A stretch of 64,000 nucleotides of DNA, taken from assembly GCA_963757765.1 (NCBI GenBank), contig CAVWSL010000015.1:658922-722921 (forward strand). The letters run 5' to 3'. The position numbers were made by a program, and so were the translations under genes. The DNA comes from an uncultured Chloroflexia bacterium. Its GTDB lineage: Bacteria; Chloroflexota; Limnocylindria; Limnocylindrales; CSP1-4. The notes beneath the pieces were generated by a model. That model had not been told where the DNA came from and ran no database searches. It saw only the letters and a program-made list of their open reading frames with translations. Below are positions 18,459 to 25,945 of this stretch, piece by piece (the first letter of the stretch is position 1; every line of letters begins with the position of its first letter).

Positions 18459-19859
18459 CTAGAGGACGACCATCCGGATCCGGTCGTTGCCGGCATCGAC
18501 GATGTACAGGACACCGTCGTGGACGGCGACCCCGTTGGGCTCGCTCAGTCGGGCGTCGAGCGCCGGGCCGCAGTCGCCGGAGAAGCCCGCCTTGGAACCC
18601 GTGCCAGCAAGGGTCGTGATGGACCCGCCGGTGTCGACCCTGCGTACCGTCTGGTTGTCAGAGGAGAAATAGACGTTGCCAGCCGCATCGACGGCGATGC
18701 CATTGGATCGCCCGATGGCCGCATCGATCGCCGGTCCACCGTCGCCAGCATGGCCCGATAGGCCGTTCCCGGCGAACGTCGTGATGATCCCGGTCCTGTC
18801 GACCTTCCGGATCCGATGGTTGTTCGGGTCGGGCAGATACACGTTCCCCGCGAGGTCGACCGCCAGTGCGACCGGGTCCGAGCCGCCGCTCACCTGAGCC
18901 AATGTCGCCTGACCACCGTCTCCGGAGAAGCCAGGGAGGCCGTTGCCGGCGAAAGGACGGACGATGCCGGCCGTATCGACCTTGTGCCAGCCCTGGGTCC
19001 AGTCGTCGAAATAGATCTCGCCTGTGGGTCCGAACGCCAGGTTGCTCGCGCTGATCTTCGCGCTGAGGGCCGGTCCGGCCTCGCCATCCGAACCATCGAC
19101 ACCCGTGCCGACCACAGGGACAGAGGTTCCGGTGGGATCGATCCTCCAGATCCGGGCTGAGAAGTAGTCGGTGACGTAGAGGATGCCCTGGGTATCGAAC
19201 GCGACGCCCGTCGGAGCCTTGAACGTGGTGGTGGACGTGGGTCCGAGGGTGGCCGTCGTGATGATGCCGTCGGGACCGATCCGGCGGACCCCGTGAGACA
19301 CGCCACGGCCGAAATAGCCGGCCGAGTTGCCGACGTAGATCGCACCGGTCGGGTCGATCGCGATGCCATACGGTGCCGACAGCGTGGCAGACAGTGCGGG
19401 GCCGTCATCCCCGGTAATGCCATCGACGCCCGTGCCCGCGACGGTCGCGATATCGCCGCTCTTGAGCGTCGCCCCGGCCGGGCAACCGGTTGGCAGGAGC
19501 GCGACGGCCGGGAGGGTGTCGCGGCCGTCGTCGGGATCGTTCCGACTGCTGAGCCGGGATCCGACGATGGCACCGCCGGCCGCCAGGGCCAAGGCCAGGA
19601 GCGCCACCAGGAGCAAGGCGAGGACCGCCCGCATGGGTGCGGCCATCGGGGATCGATGAGCGATGAGGGTCGTGGGGAACAACCCTTCGGGGTCGAGCCA
19701 CCAAGCTCGGCGACGCGTGCGAGCGGTCCGATAGAGCGTGGCGTTGAGCAGACCGGCCGGCTCCTGGGGAGGCGCGTCCGTCTCGAACCACTCGGCCAGC
19801 ACCGTCGAGGTCTCCTCCAGGCGCATCGTGTCCTTGTTCGGGTCGGGGCGTGCGTTCAT
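18459..19859 (-). CDS. anti-sigma-factor-like membrane protein with an extracytoplasmic NHL-repeat beta-propeller domain
   Basis: Its ATG overlaps the sigma-factor stop as ATGA at 19856-19859. One TM helix (MRAVLALLLVALLALALAAGG) is followed by repeated NHL-type motifs (YGIAIDPTGAIYVG, GVAFDTQGILYVTD, NHRIRKVD, GIAVDAAGNVYFS). Confidence 0.7.
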   Translation of the reverse strand: MNARPDPNKDTMRLEETSTVLAEWFETDAPPQEPAGLLNATLYRTARTRRRAWWLDPEGLFPTTLIAHRSPMAAPMRAVLALLLVALLALALAAGGAIVGSRLSSRNDPDDGRDTLPAVALLPTGCPAGATLKSGDIATVAGTGVDGITGDDGPALSATLSAPYGIAIDPTGAIYVGNSAGYFGRGVSHGVRRIGPDGIITTATLGPTSTTTFKAPTGVAFDTQGILYVTDYFSARIWRIDPTGTSVPVVGTGVDGSDGEAGPALSAKISASNLAFGPTGEIYFDDWTQGWHKVDTAGIVRPFAGNGLPGFSGDGGQATLAQVSGGSDPVALAVDLAGNVYLPDPNNHRIRKVDRTGIITTFAGNGLSGHAGDGGPAIDAAIGRSNGIAVDAAGNVYFSSDNQTVRRVDTGGSITTLAGTGSKAGFSGDCGPALDARLSEPNGVAVHDGVLYIVDAGNDRIRMVVL

Positions 19860-20411
19860 GCCGGCCGTCCTTCGGGAAGTCGTGGAGGGGATTCGTCGGC
19901 AGCGAGGGCGGCGCGCATCGCGACCGTCCCACGGTGGATGCGCGACTTGACCGTGCCGATGGGGATACGCAGGGCATCCGCGATCTCGGGCACCGAGTAG
20001 CCCAGGTAGTGGTGCATGACGAGCGCGGTCCGCTGCTGGACATCGAGTCTGCGGAAGCCGCGCTCCAGTTCGTCTCGCAGTGCGTGCTGCGGACCGGGGT
20101 CCGCCGAGATGTCCGTGATGGGCCGGACGCGGCCCTCCACGAGGCTCCGCCGTCTCCCCCGGGATGCTTCGCGATAGCATTCCCGGACGAGCAGCCGATG
20201 CAGCCAGGGTTCGAAGCGATCGGGATCGGCGCAGGGACGCCATGTCCCGCCAGGCGGCGACGAGCGCCTCCTGGGTCGCGTCCTCCGCGGCTTCCGAGTC
20301 CCGCAGGATGAGCCAGGCCGTGGCATAGAGCCGGCGGATCCCGAGGCGTGCCAGTTCAGAGAACGCCTCGTGGTCACCCGCCATCGCCCGTTCGACCAGG
20401 TCCCGCGGCAT
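19856..20411 (-). CDS. ECF (sigma-70 family) RNA polymerase sigma factor, paralog 1; frame breaks near 20228-20231 (extra base in cgcc)
   Basis: Region 2 (MPRDLVERAMAGDHEAF...DATQEALVAAWRDMASLR) lies in one frame. The rest of region 2 and region 4 (DPDRFEPWLHRLLV...LDVQQRTALVMHHYLGYSVPEIADALRIPIGTVKSRIHRG) lie in the adjacent frame. Deleting one c restores colinearity with paralog 2 at 24703-25252. Confidence 0.75.
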
Positions 20412-20599
20412 CGGGTCTCCGCTTAGTGGTACGGCACATCCGGCCCCACTCACAAGGTATGGGGAGTGTCGAGGCCCAATCGTTCCCGGTCTGTTCCACG
20501 GAGTCATCACTGCCGGACAGCGACCCGATCATCCCATTCGGTCCCGTCCCTGACCCCTGGCGGTCGCATGCGACAATCAGGACGCCAGACGCCGCCCGA

Positions 20600-20700
20600 C
20601 CGGTGGGGTACCCACGTTCTCGAAGCGTCCATCCCCGATGACGCCGCTGGTAGCGTGTGCGCACGGCCGGGTTTCGGCGATCTTCCCGGGGCCCGCGCGC
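20600..20700. promoter_or_regulatory. conserved upstream element A: near-palindrome gtggggtacccac, then 35 nt on gacgccgctggtagcgtg and cggccgggtttc
   Basis: Near-identical block with the same internal spacing recurs at 25394-25490 upstream of the second ECF sigma gene. It lies between the sigma gene and the divergent cadD-like gene. Confidence 0.45.
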
Positions 20701-20763
20701 GCGAGGGCCGCACCGCGGCTCGCGGACCGGCCTCCGTCCGTGGCGCGACGCTACGCTCCAGTG

Positions 20764-21330
20764 ATGGACCTGCTCTCCACGGCCGGCATCGCCGTCGGCT
20801 TGTTCGTCGCCACGAACCTCGACGATGCGTTCCTGCTCGTCGGCTGGTTCGCGCGCGGGCGACCATCGGCCCGCCAGGTCGTGGTCGGGCAGTATCTCGG
20901 CATCGGGCTGCTCACCGTCGTCAGCGTCATCCTCGGGGCGGCGGTCGTAGCGGTGGCATCGGGGTGGGTCCGATACCTGGGACTCCTACCACTCGCGATC
21001 GGGGTGCGCGGGCTCGTGTCGATCGCTCGGGGCGACGACGAGGACGAGTCGGAGGCGCCGGCCGCGAAGGGTATCGCCGCGGTCGCCACCGTGACCATCG
21101 CGAGCGGGGCCGACAACGTGAGCGTCTACACCCCGGTCCTCGCCACGTTCGACGCGGGCGCGCTCGCGGTCACCGCCCTCGTGTTCGCGATCATGACCGG
21201 CCTCTGGTGTCTGGGTGCCCGCGCGCTGGTCGATCATCCGCGATACGGCGCGCCCCTGCGACACCACGGTCCGCTCATCGAGTCGCTGGCACTGATGGTG
21301 GTCGGGCTGGCCGTGCTCCTCGGCGTCTAG
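20764..21330 (+). CDS. CadD-family (cadmium-resistance transporter-like) membrane protein
   Basis: MDLLSTAGIAVGLFVATNLDDAFLLVGWFA..., 5-6 TM segments. Length and pattern fit the CadD family. Confidence 0.65.
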   Translation: MDLLSTAGIAVGLFVATNLDDAFLLVGWFARGRPSARQVVVGQYLGIGLLTVVSVILGAAVVAVASGWVRYLGLLPLAIGVRGLVSIARGDDEDESEAPAAKGIAAVATVTIASGADNVSVYTPVLATFDAGALAVTALVFAIMTGLWCLGARALVDHPRYGAPLRHHGPLIESLALMVVGLAVLLGV

Positions 21331-21432
21331 CCGAGCGTCGGTGAGCCTGCGGGGGATGACCACGAGACGACGGATGGAGACCGAACCGCCCCCGACTCGC
21401 GGCCGGGGCCGTTCGCGAAGAGGCGGGATGGC

Positions 21433-21789
21433 CTATCCGGCGGCGGCGTTCTCAGCCTCCGGTGCCGTCTCCACCTGCCCCTTGGAGCGTGGCCTCTGGC
21501 GCGGAGCCGGTGTCTCGATGGGCTCGCCCTCCCCGACCAGGGAGGCAGCCAGGGTGTGCTCGTGCGCGGGCGCCTCGGGAGCCGCGCCAGGCTCGCGCGC
21601 GGCCGGGGACTCGACCGGTTCGGTCGGCCCTTCCGCCTGGCGCGCCACGGCGCCCTTGCGGAGCGCGTTCGTGTACTGGCGCCAGTGGGTGTGGCACATC
21701 CGGCCAAGCTGGTCCTCGGCGCTCGGCTGGGTGGGGAACTCGTTCTCCGGGCGCCTCGTGACCCCCGATGGCGAAGCGGGTCGAGCCAA
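21433..21789 (-). CDS. hypothetical acidic low-complexity protein (very uncertain)
   Basis: ORF containing MCHTHWRQYTNALRKGAVARQAEGPTEPVESPAAREPG.... It lies in an ~890-bp stretch (21330-22217) with no confident gene. Confidence 0.2.
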   Translation of the reverse strand: MARPASPSGVTRRPENEFPTQPSAEDQLGRMCHTHWRQYTNALRKGAVARQAEGPTEPVESPAAREPGAAPEAPAHEHTLAASLVGEGEPIETPAPRQRPRSKGQVETAPEAENAAAG

Positions 21790-22216
21790 CGCAGCGGCGC
21801 ATCGGGATGGTCGTGTCCTGCGTAGTCATGGCGTGAGTGTCCTTCGTGGTCTACAGGCCGAACGAGGCGGCGAGTGCCTCGCTCTCGGTGGGTCCCGCGT
21901 CCATCGCGGCACCGAGCGCCGCGTGCATCGCTGCGTTGAATTGCTGGGCACCTGAGCCCATCGAGCGTCGGGTGCTCGACCCGCATCCAGGCCTCGACTG
22001 GCAGCAGCATTGGCCGTGGTCGTGGCGCTGTGCTGGCTGGGGCCGCCGTCGTGATCGGCGTAGAGGCAACGGCGATCGCCGCCTCGATGCTCGTCGCGAT
22101 GGGCACTGTCGCCGACCATCACATGAGCGGGTGGTACATTCCATCGAGTCCGCCGCACGGTCCGTGCAGCCGCCCACCCGTCGTCGCTCACGTCTGACCA
22201 AGAGGAACGAGCGCCT

Positions 22217-22657
22217 GTGAAGAAGCGATCGATCGGCCTCGCGATCGGCATCCCGATGATCGTCGTCCTCCTCAGCGCATCCGTGGTGAGTGCGCGAGCG
22301 GTCGTCCCCGGGGCCAGCATCGACGGCGTGCACATCGGCCAGGGCAAGGCCTCGGTCAAGCGCGTCCTCGGCCCGCCGCCCCACACGCAGAAGGGACCGC
22401 CTGGATCGGACACCGTGCGCTGGGACTACAAGGCGCACAACTCCCTCACGGTGCTCCTCGTGCAGGGCAGGGTGACGAGGGTGTTCGTCACGACCATCCC
22501 CGGGCGGGGCAGGGTGTTCGACCACACGACGAAGGGGATCGGACTGCTGTCGAAGATGTCCGCGGTGAGGAAGGCATACCCCGGTCACTGCGAGCCGCCG
22601 GTCCCATCCATGGGGATACCCCCGTGTGCCACTGGGACACCGCCACGACGCGCATGA
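22217..22657 (+). CDS. secreted hypothetical protein
   Basis: GTG start with AGAGGAA RBS. Signal peptide MKKRSIGLAIGIPMIVVLLSASVVSARA. Confidence 0.55.
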   Translation: MKKRSIGLAIGIPMIVVLLSASVVSARAVVPGASIDGVHIGQGKASVKRVLGPPPHTQKGPPGSDTVRWDYKAHNSLTVLLVQGRVTRVFVTTIPGRGRVFDHTTKGIGLLSKMSAVRKAYPGHCEPPVPSMGIPPCATGTPPRRA

Positions 22658-22678
22658 CGTTCACGGCCTCCGGTCGCT

Positions 22679-23151
22679 ATGGCAGCGGCTGGAATGCACC
22701 GGTCGAAACGATCCAACTGCAGTCGACCCTCCCCCACGGCTGAGACGCCACTGGAAGAACCGGGCGCGGCCGCCCGCCACGCGATCGGGCGGCTCGACAG
22801 GCACGGCCGTGTGGCCAGCGTGAGCCCGAGAGGGCGACCAGTGGTCACACCGTCGAGTCATGCGACACGCCACGCGCGCACACAGGGCGCCCCCACGAGG
22901 GTAGCCTCGTGCCATGGCTGGGCACCCGCACGGTCCCTCGCTGCGCCTGGACGGGTGTCGGTCATCACGAGGCTCTTGGAGGCGGGCAGCACTCCGCGTG
23001 CGGCGGCCGCCTTGCGCGGGATCGACCGGGCCACCCGCTTTCGCCGGCTGAGCGATCCACGGCCTTGGCGTGGCTGGTCGGGACCGCTGATGCCGCACTG
23101 GCCTTCGCGGACCTGGTGACCCGTGCTGAGGCACGCTGCGCGGCGCCATGA
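22679..23151 (+). other. ORF fragments with HTH-like text (possible degraded transposase or excisionase)
   Basis: Frame 2 reads RVSVITRLLEAGSTPRAAAALRGIDRATRFRRLSD. An overlapping frame reads LSPAERSTALAWLVGTADAALAFADLV. Neither is a complete gene, and the region lies just upstream of the HNH endonuclease. Confidence 0.2.
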
Positions 23152-23182
23152 CGACGCGGGTGTACGAAAGGAGCCGAGACGG

Positions 23183-23591
23183 ATGTCCTGCCGCCGGGCG
23201 ACCCGGGACCAACATGTAGGGCGCCGCGTCTTCTCGGGCGGACACGACGATCCGCCATCCCTGCCCGGGCTGCCTGCGCGTGACATCCCGTTCGGGTCGC
23301 TGCCTCGCCTGTGGCGGCGGGAGCACGACGCATCGCGGGTACGTGGCGCCCTGGGAGCGGCCACGGGCGCATCAGTTGCTGCGCCACCCCACGGGCGAGT
23401 GGAGGCGGACCGCGGACGGAGATCGCACGCGCCCAGCCACGGACGTCGACCACATCCTGCCCAAGGGCCGCGGCGGCAGCGATGGCTCCGAAAACCTCCA
23501 GGCCTTGTGCGCTCGCCACCACAGGCTGAAGTCCTCGGCGGTCGACCGAAGGTGGGGCCTGCACAGTCGAGCTACCTCGTTGGGATGCTGA
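23183..23591 (+). CDS. HNH endonuclease (small zinc-finger HNH family); N-terminus appears frame-shifted near 23225-23262
   Basis: AAGGAG RBS lies 9 nt before the ATG at 23183. The frame carrying CPGCLRVTSRSGRCLACGG...DVDHILPKGRGGSDGSENLQALCARHHRLKS is open only from 23218, while the ATG and first ~15 codons sit in the adjacent frame. Confidence 0.6.
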
Positions 23592-23748
23592 CCCCCCCCG
23601 CATCGCGGTACCGCGTGGGTGGACCCGAGTCGACGACGGTCCAGGCTCGCGCAGCGATCGCGAGCGCGACGATGCGCGGGCCTTCCTGGTCGCCGGGTTA
23701 AGGGGGAGACTCGTCTCCCCGCGCGATCCATCGTGGGCGGCGGCCCGG

Positions 23749-24706
23749 TCACGGTGTCCCAGCCCCAGATGGACCTGATGCTGGCGACTGACTGGGCGCT
23801 GGCAGGTCGATGCGGATGGAGGCGAGCATGGCCTCCATCGCCGCCAGGTCCTGCCCGCTGGTCTCGGGCCTGTGCCAAGTGTTCATCATGAAGCGGGTGC
23901 CGTCGATGTCCAGGATGTACAGCACGCTGAGCTGGCCGCTGACCTTGCGGGGAGCGACGAGCGGCTCGGGGACATTGAGCGCCGAATCGCCGAGGTCCAG
24001 GAAGTCCCGGTAGACCCCTTGGTCGCAGGTCGCCACATCGAGGTCGGCCGGCACCGACAGCTCGACCCGCTTGGCTGGCAGGCCGCCGAAGACCACGTCG
24101 GTGGGTTCGGAGCCCTCGCGTCCGATCTGCCCCGCGAACGCGTTCGCGAGGTCCTCGGTCGTGGGTCCGACGGGCGGATCGGAGAGTGTGTCCGCCCAAT
24201 GACAGGGATCGGTGAAGACGTTCGCCGGCTGCCACCAGCCGAAGGCGATCTCGCCGACCCCGCCGAGAGTCTCGAAGTCCCTACGCCCATCGACATCGGC
24301 CCAAAGGACACCGTAGTACTGCTCCCATCCATCAGGGACGGTCACCGTCCATCGGGCGGACCCGAGAGGGCCCTGGTATGCGCCGGGTGCGAGAGGCCCG
24401 GGTTCTCCGAACGGACCCGCTGACGGGCTGGGCGACGGGCTCTCCAGGATGGTCGGGGGTACCGGGGCCGGTGATCCTCGGCACGAGGCCACCGACGACG
24501 GCAAGGGCACTTATGGCTGCCACCACGGCAGCGATCCGGATGGGCGTGGTCATGGTGTTCAACCTCCACGCAGGCCATCTGGCGCGCCGCTGTGGGGTGG
24601 CCGGGACTTGGTCGAGCACGGAGTCCAGGACGCGGTCCGGGAGCGCCGTGACGCCCTCCTCCAGCCACGACTCGACGATGCGGATCACGTCGCGATCGGT
24701 GCTCAC
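23749..24706 (-). CDS. anti-sigma factor (cytoplasmic N-domain, one TM, extracytoplasmic domain), paralog-2 module; frame breaks at the GGGGG run 24455-24459
   Basis: ATGA overlap with the sigma-factor stop at 24703-24706. N-terminal part MSTDRDVIRIVESWLEEGVTALPDRVLD... is followed by a TM helix. The reading then continues in the adjacent frame (PTILESPSPSPSAGPF...WTVTVPDGWEQYYG...). Removing one C from the minus-sense CCCCC run joins the two frames. Confidence 0.55.
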
Positions 24707-25252
24707 GTGGCGACCTCCCGCTGCACCGTGCGCGCGTCGGCCTCGAGGGCCGCGCGCAGCCCGCGCATCGCACGCAACAGACGCGATCGGACCGTTCCGA
24801 CGGGGACACCCAGCGCTTCCGCGATCTCGTCGAGGGGCAGGTCGAGGTAGTGGTGCATCACCACCACCGCGCGATGGTCGAGGGACAGGCGCCGGAAGCC
24901 GCGCTCGAGCTGGTCGCGATCGACGACCGTGCTCGTGCCATTCGTCCTGGACGGCTCCTCAGCCGGCACGAGTCGGATGTTGGGCGACCACTGGCGCGCC
25001 CGGCGTCCCTCGGCGTAGCAGGCGCGCACGAGGAGCCGGTACGACCAGGCGTCGAAACGCGCCGGGTCGCGGAGCTGCGGAAGGTCCCGCCAGATGGCGA
25101 GCAGCGCCTGCTGCGTCGCGTCCTCGGCAAGCTCGATGTCGCGCAGGATCCTGTGCGCCACCCTTGTGGAGTCGGTCGCCTACGGCGATGGCGAGGCTCG
25201 CGAAGGCCTCCTCATCGCCTCGTTGCGCCCGTCCGATCAAGTCGGCATCCAC
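24703..25252 (-). CDS. ECF sigma factor, paralog 2; frame breaks near 25160-25165 (ccc/ggg run)
   Basis: GTG start reading (M)DADLIGRAQRGDEEAFASLAIAVGDRLH in one frame. VAHRILRDIELAEDATQQALLAIWRD...region 4 (LDHRAVVVMHHYLDLPLDEIAEALGVPVGTVRSRL) lies in the adjacent frame. Closely similar to paralog 1 throughout. Confidence 0.75.
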
Positions 25253-25393
25253 GCTGCTTCCGCCTTTGTGACGCCCGGTGGGTCCGTGCGTTCACAGGGT
25301 ATGGGGGTCACCTACGAGGGCGCGGCACCATCTTCGTGCGCGCCCGTCGCCCCCGATGGATGGGACGTCGCGATCGTGCCCGGGACGACATCG

Positions 25394-25490
25394 CCGGTGG
25401 GTACCCACATCGCCGAACGCAAGCCACGCCGTGACGCCGCTGGTAGCGTGCGTGCGCGGCCGGGTTTCACGACTTTTCTCGGCCGCGCGC
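25394..25490. promoter_or_regulatory. conserved upstream element B: perfect 12-bp palindrome gtgggtacccac, then 35 nt on gacgccgctggtagcgtg and cggccgggtttc
   Basis: Paralogous copy of element A, lying 140-240 nt upstream of the ECF sigma paralog 2 start. Confidence 0.45.
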
Positions 25491-25945
25491 TGGGACTCGG
25501 CCTTTTCCTGGCCGCCCCGGTACTCACTGGTCGTGAGGCTGATCATGGTCAGGATCGGTTCGCGGGTCCGCGGGACGGAACGCGCCGCCCGTTCGTTGTT
25601 GGTGTGTGGAACGGATGCTTCGGCGCGTGACGCATGACCTGGGGGAGGAGCTGCAAGGTCCGGCCACGAAGTCTCGCGCCGTCGGCGCGGGCGGGGAGGC
25701 CCCTCGATGGTCCCATCGTCTGCGGGCACGTCGATGCTCAGGGACCAACGATCATGAGGCTTCCGATGCGCTGACCGTGCCCTTCAGACACGATCGTGCC
25801 GCCCCTCCAATGGCCAGTTGGCCGTGCGCAGACACCGCACCGGTCTCGCTCGCACATGCGCTGGCCCCGAAAGCCCTGGGGTACTTTCGGGCCATGACTG
25901 CAGTACCATCCAACGGCGCTGCCTGCGTCCCAGGAGTGTCCACCG

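Noticed and set aside
18189-18459. Longer 5' extension of the secreted-protein gene (start 18189) and the upstream remainder of ORF 17464-18459
   Set aside because: The extension would place a second signal-peptide-like segment before the first. The shorter start has an equally good RBS. The N-terminal 90 aa of the ORF are His/Arg/Pro-rich low-complexity.
21837-22220. Overlapping small ORFs on both strands in 21830-22220 (e.g. …MGSGAQQFNAAMHAALGAAMDAG… on minus)
   Set aside because: Mutually exclusive readings of the same DNA, neither with an RBS or domain. The region is flagged as unannotated rather than called.
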